Assembly: GCA_963668675.2 (NCBI GenBank) | Contig: CAXXMB010000002.1 | Coordinates: 3,008,001-3,072,000 of the forward strand | Origin: an uncultured Desulfatitalea sp. | GTDB taxonomy: Bacteria > Desulfobacterota > Desulfobacteria > Desulfobacterales > Desulfosarcinaceae | Direction: 5' to 3' | Length of the DNA stretch: 64,000 nt | Shown: positions 1 through 8,909 of the stretch, one piece after another | How positions within the stretch are numbered: position 1 is the first letter of the stretch | Layout: every line of letters begins with the position of its first letter | The notes under the pieces: model-generated | What the model was told of the DNA's origin: nothing | Databases searched by the model: none | Seen by the model: the letters and a program-made list of their open reading frames with translations, nothing else | Translations under genes and position numbers: made by a program

Positions 1-439
1 CTTCCACCATGATGGTGTCGTTCTCGTTGATGATGGGCACCACCCGCCATTCGAGAAGGGTGTTGAGCGTGTTGCGCGCATTGAGGTAGCGTTTGCGGTT
101 GTTGAGGTCCTCGCTGGTCATCAGGATTTGGGCCACCCGCTTGTCGTGCCTGGCGAAGGCGGTTTCGTAGGCGTTCATCAGGCCGCTCTGACCGACCGCG
201 GCAATGGCCTGCCGCTTGGGGATCTCTTCGGGCCGATGGGTCAGTCCCATTTTGCGCAGCCCCGAGGCCATGGCGCCGGAGGAGACAAAGAGCACTTCAA
301 GGCCCCGGTCGATCAGGTCGCTGATCTGCGCGGAGAGCGATGCCACGGCATCGAGATTGAGGCCGCTGGCGGCGGTCAGGACATTGCTGCCCACCTTGAC
401 GACCACGCGCTTGGCGGATTTGAGACGTTGAATAGGCAT
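1..439 (-). CDS. proB: Glutamate 5-kinase, 5' part (runs off the window edge)
   Basis: Manual translation from the ATG at 439: MPIQRLKSAKRVVVKVGSNVL...VSSGAMASG...QAIAAVGQSGLM...PIINENDT. These are ProB motifs, and the gene follows proA. Confidence 0.95.
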   Translation of the reverse strand, partial: MPIQRLKSAKRVVVKVGSNVLTAASGLNLDAVASLSAQISDLIDRGLEVLFVSSGAMASGLRKMGLTHRPEEIPKRQAIAAVGQSGLMNAYETAFARHDKRVAQILMTSEDLNNRKRYLNARNTLNTLLEWRVVPIINENDTIMVE

Positions 440-520
440 GTTCGATTCGCTTGTCGATTCTGTTGCTATCAAGAGCTTCCGCAGCCTCTTGCAATAGGTG
501 CCAAAGAAGTCAGGGTCGTT

Positions 521-1819
521 TCACGGCTTGAATTGCTTCTCCAATTTTCGATGGGTGAACGGCTTGGCATTCTCGCCGGTATAGTCCGCCACGATGTGCC
601 CGTTTCCGATCATTCGCCATTGATAGATCAGCAGCCCCTCCATGCCCACCGGTCCCCTGGCGTGGATTTTGTTGGTGCTGATCCCCACTTCGGCCCCCAG
701 GCCGAACCGGAAGCCGTCGCTGAAGCGGCTGCTGGCGTTCCAGAAGAGGTCTGCCGAGTCCACGCAGTCCATAAAGCGAACGGCCCGTTGCCGGTCGGTG
801 GTGGCGATAACGTCCGTGTGGCCCGATCCGTAGCGGTTGATATGCGCGATGGCTGCATCCATGCCGGGGACGACCCGAACCGAGACGATAAGGTCGAGGT
901 ATTCGGTGCCCCAATCGGCTTCGTCAGCGGGCTTGACATCGATGATGCTGCAGGTGGTCGGGCATCCGCGGATCTCTACTCCCCTGGCCTCCAGTGCCTT
1001 TTGAAGCATCGGGAGCGCCTGCGCGGAGACAGCCTCGTGGATCAGGAGCGTTTCGGCCGCGTTGCAGACGGCCACATATTGGCACTTGCTGTCCACGGCG
1101 ATGCGCACAGCCTGGTCGAGGTCGGCATACCGGTCGATGTAGACATGACAGATGCCGTCCGCATGCCCCAGGACCGGGATGTGGGTGTTGTCCATGATGT
1201 GGCGGACGAACGCATTGCTGCCCCTTGGGATGATCAGGTCGATAAACTGGTCCAGGGCCAGCATGTCGGTCACATCCGAGCGGGTCTCCATAAGCCCCAG
1301 CCAACCGCCGGGCAGACCGGCCTCGCCGGCAGCCGCCGTGATGGTATCGGCCAGGATACGGTTGGTGCGTGCAGCCTCACTGCCGCCTTTGAGAAGGACC
1401 GCATTGCCGCTCTTAAGGCAGAGAGAGGAGATTTGCACCAGGGCGTCGGGACGCGATTCGAAGATGACGCCGATCACGCCGATCGGACGGCTCACTTTAT
1501 AGAGCTCCAGCTCCTGGTCCAGTTCGAGGGCACTGAGCGTCGCGCCCACCGGATCCTCCAGCTGGATCAGGCTCTCAAGGCCCGTGCACGCCTCCTTGAG
1601 TTTGCCGACGTCGAATTTCAACCGTTTGAGCAGCGGTGCGGCCAGCCCCTCCTTTTCAGCCTGGGCCAGGTCCTCCTGGTTGGCAGCGGCAATGGCAGCA
1701 CCGTTCTTTTTCAGGGCGGTGACGATCGCGTTAAGGGCGCTGTTCTTAGCTTCTCCGTCGAGCGCCGCCATGGCGATGGCGGCAGCTTTGGCCTGTCGGG
1801 CAACTTCCTCGATATCCAT
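521..1819 (-). CDS. proA: Gamma-glutamyl phosphate reductase
   Basis: PIGVIGVIFESRPD, LKGGSEA, VCNAAETLL, WNASSRFSDG and GAEVGISTNKIHARGPVG motifs. Confidence 0.97.
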   Translation of the reverse strand: MDIEEVARQAKAAAIAMAALDGEAKNSALNAIVTALKKNGAAIAAANQEDLAQAEKEGLAAPLLKRLKFDVGKLKEACTGLESLIQLEDPVGATLSALELDQELELYKVSRPIGVIGVIFESRPDALVQISSLCLKSGNAVLLKGGSEAARTNRILADTITAAAGEAGLPGGWLGLMETRSDVTDMLALDQFIDLIIPRGSNAFVRHIMDNTHIPVLGHADGICHVYIDRYADLDQAVRIAVDSKCQYVAVCNAAETLLIHEAVSAQALPMLQKALEARGVEIRGCPTTCSIIDVKPADEADWGTEYLDLIVSVRVVPGMDAAIAHINRYGSGHTDVIATTDRQRAVRFMDCVDSADLFWNASSRFSDGFRFGLGAEVGISTNKIHARGPVGMEGLLIYQWRMIGNGHIVADYTGENAKPFTHRKLEKQFKP

Positions 1820-2009
1820 GTGAATGACCTTTGAGATGTGTTGATGTTGTCAGTGGCTTGCATTCATACAACGAAATCAATGGAATTTCAAAGGCAATGG
1901 TGGGTTACCCTTCGACGGAAGCAACGGTGGCATTGCGAACATAATCGGCGCCACCCGATCAACAGGTGGGGGCTTGTTTTGAGACTTCCCTTCTATTCGT
2001 CTTTTTTGC

Positions 2010-3347
2010 CTACGCCTCTTTAATCTTCACTTCTTTAAAGGCCGATTGGGGGAAAAAGCAGTAAGGGCACTCCTCCGGCGCTTCGTCACCATAGTGCACA
2101 TGACCGCACATGCGACAGCGCCAGGCTTTCTGGTCGGCCTTGTCTCCCAGGGGGTCGAGTTCCCGGTGAAGGGGAAGATCTTCCAGTGCCGGCATGACCG
2201 GTTTGTAGGCACTTAACAGATAGCCGGCCAGTACGGCGCGTTGCACCTCGCTCGTGCCTTCGTAGATCCTGAGCAGGCGCACATCCCTCAATATTTTTTC
2301 CACCGGAAACATCTTGGTATAGCCGTATCCGGCAAAGACCTGCAGTGCCTCGTTGGCCACCTCCAGGGCGGCTTCGGTGGCATACATCTTCGCAACGGAG
2401 GCACTGATGTTGGCATCTTTGCCTTGGTCCGACTCCCAGGCCGATTGCCATGTGAGCAGGCGTGCGGTTTCCACTTTCTGATACATTTCGGCCAGTTTGA
2501 ACTGGATGGCCTGGAAACCGCTGATCGGCATACCGAACGCCTTGCGTCGCTTGGCGTAGTCGATGGCGTGCTCCATGGCCGAGCGGGCGGCGCCCACGCC
2601 AAAAGCGCCGATGGTGGGCCGGGTGCGTGCAAAGGTTTTCATCGCCAGCACGAAGCCTTTGCCTGGCGGGGCCAGCATGTTGGCTTTGGGCACCCGGACG
2701 TCTTTGAAATTGATCCCCACGGTGTTCGAGCAGCGCTGACCCATTTTGGGAATCGTACGGCCCACTCTGACCCCCGGCCAATCCATCTCCACCAGAAATG
2801 CACAGATGCCTTCGTGTTTGGATTTGGGATCGATGGTGGCGAACACGGACGCGTAGTCTGCAAGTCCGCCGTTGGTAATCCAATATTTGGTGCCGTTGAG
2901 GATGTAGTCGTCACCGTCCTCAACCGCACGGCATCGAAGGCCGGAGACGTCCGATCCCATGGTGGGCTCGGAGGTGGCAAAGCAGATTTTTTTAAACTCA
3001 TGGGCCACTTTAGGCAGATATCGCTTTTTTAATGCTTCATTATCCGACAGCAACACCGGCTCCATGCCCAGCGAGTTGTCGAAAAGCGAAGTGGCTGTAC
3101 CGGCACACGCCGCCGCAATCTCTTCGACCACCAGGGTCGCTTCCAACAACCCCAATCCCTGGCCGCCGTATTCTTTTGGAATGTCGAGGTTGATGATGCC
3201 CTCATCATACGCCTTTTGAATCACCGGCAGCGGTGTCTGGTCGATTTCATCGTAGTAGGCGGCGACCGGTAACACTTCCTCCAGGGCGAACCTGCGCGCT
3301 TTCTGGCGCAGATCTTCCTGTTCGGGGGTCAGACTGAAGTCGAGCAT
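2010..3347 (-). CDS. Acyl-CoA dehydrogenase with a C-terminal rubredoxin-like domain
   Basis: ACAD motifs SEPTMGSD, NGTKYWITNG, FQAIQFKLAEM and IYEGTSEVQR. The tail WRCRMCGHVHYGDEAPEECPYC has two CxxC motifs. Confidence 0.92.
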   Translation of the reverse strand: MLDFSLTPEQEDLRQKARRFALEEVLPVAAYYDEIDQTPLPVIQKAYDEGIINLDIPKEYGGQGLGLLEATLVVEEIAAACAGTATSLFDNSLGMEPVLLSDNEALKKRYLPKVAHEFKKICFATSEPTMGSDVSGLRCRAVEDGDDYILNGTKYWITNGGLADYASVFATIDPKSKHEGICAFLVEMDWPGVRVGRTIPKMGQRCSNTVGINFKDVRVPKANMLAPPGKGFVLAMKTFARTRPTIGAFGVGAARSAMEHAIDYAKRRKAFGMPISGFQAIQFKLAEMYQKVETARLLTWQSAWESDQGKDANISASVAKMYATEAALEVANEALQVFAGYGYTKMFPVEKILRDVRLLRIYEGTSEVQRAVLAGYLLSAYKPVMPALEDLPLHRELDPLGDKADQKAWRCRMCGHVHYGDEAPEECPYCFFPQSAFKEVKIKEA

Positions 3348-4681
3348 TTCATTTTTCCTTCCGTTGAGGGTGTGGGATCGGTATTGGACCTCTCGTTTGG
3401 CGGCTGCCAGCGAAGCTTCTCCACCACGGTCTCCAGGTAGCGGGATCTGAGCTGTCGGCTGGCCAGAAGCTGTTTGGCTGGCGGCAAGTGGAAGATCACA
3501 CCTAAGAAAGCAGCCAGGGCTCGGTAGTTGCCCATGACCTGGTTGTTGAGCAGGACATGCGACAAGGTGTTGCGCTCAATGGCCATCAGCAGCACCCGAT
3601 GGGCGGTGTTGAGCGGTGTGACGACGCGTTTTTCCCGAACGGTCAGCTCAATTGCCCCGGATGGGCAGGCGCTGGCGCAGACGCCGCATCCGAGGCAGAT
3701 GTCTTTGTTGAGCAATGGCTTGGTGCGGACCCGCTCCGATGCCTTTTCCGGCGCCATCGTGATGGCTTCCACCGGGCACAGCGTGCTGCATTGGCCGCAG
3801 CCGGTGCACCGGGTTGTGTCGATGCGGGGCAGATAGTTGGTCGTATGGACCGGGTGGAACATGGCAAAGCGGCGGGCAGCGATCATGCCCTCGCAACAGC
3901 ATTTGCAGCAGTTGCAGATGAAACAGACATCCTGGCGCACATTTTCGCCGAACTGAACCAGATGATGAGACTTGGCGCGCTGCAGAATATCTATCGCCTC
4001 GGCAGCATCGGCAGGTCGTGCGTTGCCATGTCGAATGAGGGATGCCGCCACCAGATTGAAGGTCAGGCAGATCTCTTTCGGGGCGTCACACGCCTGGCCC
4101 AGATAGGACATCTTGTGTCGACAGTAACAGATACCGACGGCGATGTGCGAGGCGGTTTCGATGATATGCGACACCCGCTCGTGATCGAGGACTTCCACGC
4201 TGAACGGTGCCGGGAGCTGTCCTTCGTCGACGAAGGCACGTCCCAACTGCGTTTGCCCTTGGGTGAACAGTGCTTTGGCAAAGTCTTCTTCCATGTTGAT
4301 ATACCGGTAGAGCATCTCGGACAGTGCCTTTTGGTTGATGTCGTCACGGACACGCATCATGGAGAACTCGAAGAAACCGGCCATGGGGGGCGGCAGGCAG
4401 TAGGTGAGGCGGCCGTCCTGCTCGAAATCCACCAGCAGGGCCCGGCGACACAGGTCGTCGAGCTTCTTCCGGGCGGCGGCGATTTGGATGCCCCATGCAC
4501 GGGCAGCCTGTTCTGCATGGAACACCCTGATCGGCAGCAGGGCGACCAGCCGCGCCTCCTCTTCCGTAAAGAGGGCGCTGAGAATTCGATACAGCTGATC
4601 GGATGGCGGTGCGCCTTGCGGAAACCGGTTGAGCCGCTCCGCCAGTTGCTGATATCCGGAAGGAGAAGCCAAGGGTGCCAT
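3329..4681 (-). CDS. Multi-Cys 4Fe-4S dicluster protein
   Basis: CYCRH, ICNCCKCCC and two CxxCxxCxxxCP ferredoxin motifs. Start moved to the ATG at 4681, which has a GAGGA Shine-Dalgarno (SD). Overlaps the ACAD start. Confidence 0.85.
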   Translation of the reverse strand: MAPLASPSGYQQLAERLNRFPQGAPPSDQLYRILSALFTEEEARLVALLPIRVFHAEQAARAWGIQIAAARKKLDDLCRRALLVDFEQDGRLTYCLPPPMAGFFEFSMMRVRDDINQKALSEMLYRYINMEEDFAKALFTQGQTQLGRAFVDEGQLPAPFSVEVLDHERVSHIIETASHIAVGICYCRHKMSYLGQACDAPKEICLTFNLVAASLIRHGNARPADAAEAIDILQRAKSHHLVQFGENVRQDVCFICNCCKCCCEGMIAARRFAMFHPVHTTNYLPRIDTTRCTGCGQCSTLCPVEAITMAPEKASERVRTKPLLNKDICLGCGVCASACPSGAIELTVREKRVVTPLNTAHRVLLMAIERNTLSHVLLNNQVMGNYRALAAFLGVIFHLPPAKQLLASRQLRSRYLETVVEKLRWQPPNERSNTDPTPSTEGKMKCSTSV

Positions 4682-4859
4682 TCTTTCCTCATCGGGTGTT
4701 ACCGACGGCAACACCGCTGCAAGTGTTCCAGACGTTATCGTATATTTTAAAGTATACCAATGCGCCGCGCTGGTGGCAACCCGTTGACTGTCGATTAAAG
4801 GATCTCTTCCCTATCTGCTCCTTCGGCTGGGTGATCATGCCGTCTCTCTGCGACCGAAA

Positions 4860-4888
4860 TTGACAAGTGGCCGGGTTCGGCTTATGGT
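4860..4888 (+). promoter_or_regulatory. Putative sigma-70 promoter for the PHP gene
   Basis: TTGACA-17 bp-TATGGT, about 110 bp upstream of the ATG. Confidence 0.5.
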
Positions 4889-4996
4889 GCTTCTTCCCTC
4901 GGCGGAACATCTCCAGCGCACGGCGTACGCCATGCTCAGGTAAACCATCGGGCGACTGCCCGGGGAGTGTCGGCAGGACTATCTCAAGGGACCCAT

Positions 4997-5851
4997 ATGA
5001 TGATGGCGATCGATCGCGTTTCTATCCACGGAGGCCACAGCGGCCAGTTTTGCAACCACGCTCAGGACACGCTGGAGGAGGTTGTTCAGGCTTACATCGA
5101 CCAGGGTTTCGCCTGGGTGGGCTTGACCGAACATATGCCTCCCACAGACGATCGCTATCTCTATCCGGAGGAGCTCGCCGCCGGGTTGACCGCCGAGGCC
5201 ATGGCCGAACGGTTCGTGCACTACATCGAGGAGGCGCGGCGTCTGCAGCAGCGCTATGCCGACCGAATCGAGATTCTGGTGGGGTTTGAAACCGAAGACA
5301 CGCCCGGGGCCATCTCTTTGGCAGAGCAGTTGATGGCCCGCCATCGCCCCGACTACATCGTCGGCAGCGTCCACCATATCGAAGGCATCCCCTTCGATTA
5401 CAGTGAGGAAGCGTACCAGCGAGCTATAGATGCCGTTGGCGGCATAGAGGCGCTCTACTGTGCCTATTTCGATCGCCAGCATCACCTCATCGAACGGCTG
5501 AAGCCGCAGGTGGTGGGGCACTTTGATCTGATCCGTCTGTTCGATCCGATCTATCGGCGTCAATTGATGCGGCGGAATGTGCTTGACAAGGTTCAGCGCA
5601 ACCTTGAACTGATACGGGATCTGGGCCTGATGCTCGATTTCAACGTGGCTGCGATGAAAAAAGGGGCTTTCGAACCGTATCTATGCCGTCCGATTCTCAA
5701 TCAGGCGCTCTACCTGCGGATCCCGGTCGTGCCGGGTGACGACTCCCACGGAGTGGCTACGGTTGGGCTTCATCTGGATGACGGCATTCGAATACTGAAA
5801 GAGATGGGCGCCGACACGCACTGGCGCAAGCCGAGCTACACCTCAGTGTAG
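4997..5851 (+). CDS. PHP-family histidinol-phosphatase (HisJ-like)
   Basis: SIHGGHS, GLTEH, GFETE, VGSVHH, VGHFDLI and GDDSHG metal-binding motifs. Confidence 0.82.
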   Translation: MMMAIDRVSIHGGHSGQFCNHAQDTLEEVVQAYIDQGFAWVGLTEHMPPTDDRYLYPEELAAGLTAEAMAERFVHYIEEARRLQQRYADRIEILVGFETEDTPGAISLAEQLMARHRPDYIVGSVHHIEGIPFDYSEEAYQRAIDAVGGIEALYCAYFDRQHHLIERLKPQVVGHFDLIRLFDPIYRRQLMRRNVLDKVQRNLELIRDLGLMLDFNVAAMKKGAFEPYLCRPILNQALYLRIPVVPGDDSHGVATVGLHLDDGIRILKEMGADTHWRKPSYTSV

Positions 5852-6639
5852 CGATCTGCCAGACGCCGTACGTCATCGGAGCCAACCAACTCGCCGAAGC
5901 GTTCCCCGCGCCGGGATCTCTTTTTATACAGGTCGAGGCAGTCGGCCACGATGCCGAGTACGGCCGTTTCCGTGTAGATGCCGGGCAGTTCCAATCCCAA
6001 TTGGGGACGGCGACCCAGCTTGCCTCCCAGCTGAACGCGATACCCCTTGGTGGTTTCCACCAGGGTGCCCGTGGGACAGACCGGAACGCACTGGCCGCAG
6101 GCCACGCAACGTTCGCTGTGCAGGGTTGGCAGCGTGGCATCTTCACCGAACGAGATGGCCGCTTCCCGGCAGATATCGGTGCAGGCCCGGCAATCGCTGC
6201 ACGCTTCGTCGCTGACCGCAGGCAGGGCGGCTGAGATGATGCCGATGTCCTTGATCTGGGGTTGGGAGCAGGCGTTGGGGCAGTTGGCCATGGTCACCCG
6301 GAACTCATGGTGAAACTTGAGATCGGTGATGCCCTTCGATTTTAAAAAGGCGAGCAGGTCTGCTGATTGCAACAGATGCTCGATCCGTTCGGCCAACGTG
6401 TCGGACGGTTGGATCTGGTGGGGGCACCCCGACGACCCGAAGCAGAGGTCGAACTGATAGCCTTTGACCTCCTTCGCCATGCCGGACAGGTAGCGCTGCT
6501 GGGTCGCCTTGACGTCCGCCAGGGTGACGTTTGATTTACCGGCTTCCCGGGCCTCCTTCGCCACCCGCGCCTGAACGCGCTTGCGTACGAAAAAGGGCAC
6601 TTTTTTAATGGCGTCTTCCGCCTCGGGGGTCCATCTCAT
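5836..6639 (-). CDS. Sulfite-reductase-like Fe-S protein with an N-terminal PCP_red-type helical domain
   Basis: N-terminus WTPEAEDAIKKVPFFVRKRV, C-x5-C (CFGSSGC) and C-x3-C (CPNAC) motifs, two ferredoxin motifs and GGKLGRRP. Start placed at the ATG at 6639. Confidence 0.75.
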   Translation of the reverse strand: MRWTPEAEDAIKKVPFFVRKRVQARVAKEAREAGKSNVTLADVKATQQRYLSGMAKEVKGYQFDLCFGSSGCPHQIQPSDTLAERIEHLLQSADLLAFLKSKGITDLKFHHEFRVTMANCPNACSQPQIKDIGIISAALPAVSDEACSDCRACTDICREAAISFGEDATLPTLHSERCVACGQCVPVCPTGTLVETTKGYRVQLGGKLGRRPQLGLELPGIYTETAVLGIVADCLDLYKKRSRRGERFGELVGSDDVRRLADRYTEV

Positions 6640-6841
6640 CTCCAAAGGTCCACCTCTGAATCGGATTGTTGGCATGGGAAACAGATGCATTCTGAATGAA
6701 AACACTCTCCATAGTCTTCACTGGTCGTCCATGTCCACAAAAATGTGGTTTCAACCCCCCAAAAAATTCGCTATGGTAGGCGGCAGTATAATCTGACAGA
6801 TCGCCGGGCGCCTGCCCGGGATTCACCACAAGGAGTTCTCC

Positions 6842-8818
6842 ATGAGCAATGTCCGAGTCACTTTCCTGCCCAACGACGTTACCATCGAAGTGCCCCAGGG
6901 AGAGAGCGTGATCCGCGCTGCCATGGCGGCGGGGGTCCACATCAATGCCTCGTGCGGCGGTGATGGTGTGTGCGGCAAATGCCGCGTGATCATAGAAGAG
7001 GGGTTGACGGATAGCGAGCCCACCGAAAAGATCAGTTCGAAAGATCATGCCAAGGGCTACCGGCTGGCCTGCAAAACCAGTGTGAATGGAGACGTCACCG
7101 TTCGGGTTCCGGTGGAATCCGCCGTCGATACCTCGGCACTGCTGCGCCAGTCGCCCCGGCAGACCGCCACCGTCAAGCAGATCGGGTTCAATGAGATCAA
7201 AGAGCAGGGGCTGTTCTTACCAGCCGTGGAGAAGATCTACCTGGAGCTACCGCCGCCCGATGCCCAGGACCACCTGCCCGACGTCACCCGCCTGGTCAAA
7301 CACCTAAACATGGAACACGATGAACATGGCCTGGAGGTGGAACTCCCCGTGATCCGCAAGATACCAACGGTTTTCAGGGAAGAGGAGTTCAAGGTCACGG
7401 TGACCCTGGCCCGGCCGGTGCGCAGTAGCGGCAAGACCCAGATCATCAACGTTCAGCCGGGAGACACTACTGGGCAGCACTATGCCGTGGCCATGGATAT
7501 CGGTACAACAACGATCTACGGTCAGTTGGTGGACCTGGTATCGGGTGAGATTCTGGCCGAGAATGGCGATTTCAACGGCCAGATCAGTTATGGTGAGGAT
7601 GTCATCACGCGCATCATGTATGCCGAAAAGCAGAAGGACGGCTTGGAAACACTGCACCGGGTGGTGATCGATACCGTCAATAAGGTCATTGCCAAAATCG
7701 TCAAGCGTGCCAAGGTGGCACGGGAAAACATCTCCCTGATCACCCTGGCCGGCAACACCACCATGACCCAGCTTCTCCTGGCGGTTGATCCACGGAATAT
7801 CCGGCGATCGCCCTATGTGCCCACAGCCAGCATCTACCCACCTATACGGGCCATCGACCTGGGCATCGATCTCGATTCCCATGTGACCGCCCTGGTCTAC
7901 CCCCAGGTGTCGAGCTATGTGGGTGGTGACATCGTGGCCGGCGTGATGGGCTGCGGCATGTACCGAACCGACAAATTGACCCTTTTCATGGATATCGGCA
8001 CCAACGCCGAAGTGGTCATCGGCAACAAGGACTGGATGGCCTGTGCGGCCTGCAGCGCCGGCCCGGCCTTCGAAGGCGGCGGCATCCAGTTCGGCATGCG
8101 CGCCGCCAAGGGCGCCATCGAGGACTTCTCCATCGACCCGGAGACCCTCGAGCCGATGATCGCCACCATCGGCAATGTCCGCCCCAAAGGCATCTGCGGT
8201 TCGGGTTTGATCACCATTGTGGCTACCATGTTCGAAAACGGTGTGATCAACAACCAGGGCAAGTTCGACCGCGACCTGAAGACCGATCGCATCCGCGAAA
8301 CAGACAACGTCTACGAATATGTGCTGGCATACCAGGAGAGCACCCAGATCGACCGCGACATCACGATCAACGAGATCGACATCGACAACCTGATCCGCGC
8401 CAAAGGCGCCATCTACAGCGGCTGCATGACGCTGTTGAGCGAAGTGGGTATGACGTTCGAAAATGTGGAGCAGATCATCCTGGCCGGCGGTTTCGGCAGC
8501 TACGTGGACCTGGATAACGCCATGGTAATCGGCCTGCTGCCCGAGATCGAGCCTCAGAAGGTGATCTATGTGGGCAACAGCTCCCTGCTGGGTGCGCGTA
8601 TGAGCGCATTGACCAACAGTGTGCGCCAGGAGGTGGTGAGTGTCACCAACATGATGACCAACTTCGAACTCTCCGAGACAAGCTCCTTCATGGATCACTA
8701 CTATGCAGCCCTGTTCCTGCCCCATACGGACCTGAACAGCTTTCCGCAACTAAAGGAGCGGCTGCAACAGAGGCGGGAAGCGATTGCAAAGATACGGGCG
8801 GCTGCGGAGAATCAGTAA
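6842..8818 (+). CDS. ASKHA-domain ATP-dependent reductive activator of corrinoid proteins (RACo/AcsV-like)
   Basis: N-terminal 2Fe-2S motif CGGDGVCGKC...RLAC, plus DIGTTT, DIGTNAE, AGPAFEG, GICGSG and LAGGFG. AAGGAG SD. Confidence 0.9.
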   Translation: MSNVRVTFLPNDVTIEVPQGESVIRAAMAAGVHINASCGGDGVCGKCRVIIEEGLTDSEPTEKISSKDHAKGYRLACKTSVNGDVTVRVPVESAVDTSALLRQSPRQTATVKQIGFNEIKEQGLFLPAVEKIYLELPPPDAQDHLPDVTRLVKHLNMEHDEHGLEVELPVIRKIPTVFREEEFKVTVTLARPVRSSGKTQIINVQPGDTTGQHYAVAMDIGTTTIYGQLVDLVSGEILAENGDFNGQISYGEDVITRIMYAEKQKDGLETLHRVVIDTVNKVIAKIVKRAKVARENISLITLAGNTTMTQLLLAVDPRNIRRSPYVPTASIYPPIRAIDLGIDLDSHVTALVYPQVSSYVGGDIVAGVMGCGMYRTDKLTLFMDIGTNAEVVIGNKDWMACAACSAGPAFEGGGIQFGMRAAKGAIEDFSIDPETLEPMIATIGNVRPKGICGSGLITIVATMFENGVINNQGKFDRDLKTDRIRETDNVYEYVLAYQESTQIDRDITINEIDIDNLIRAKGAIYSGCMTLLSEVGMTFENVEQIILAGGFGSYVDLDNAMVIGLLPEIEPQKVIYVGNSSLLGARMSALTNSVRQEVVSVTNMMTNFELSETSSFMDHYYAALFLPHTDLNSFPQLKERLQQRREAIAKIRAAAENQ

Positions 8819-8909
8819 CCTTTTTCATTTGGCGGGTAGAACATTTTTCGACATTTCAGAGCAGGGCGGTCAAAAGCTGGCCTGTCGCTTTTTTGTGGGA
8901 TGATATTTT

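Noticed and set aside
128..1834. 568-aa plus-strand ORF, and similar long ORFs such as 7304-8749, 22577-24409 and 34312-35664
   Set aside because: They are antisense shadows of well-supported genes, expected from high-GC codon bias, and show no motifs.
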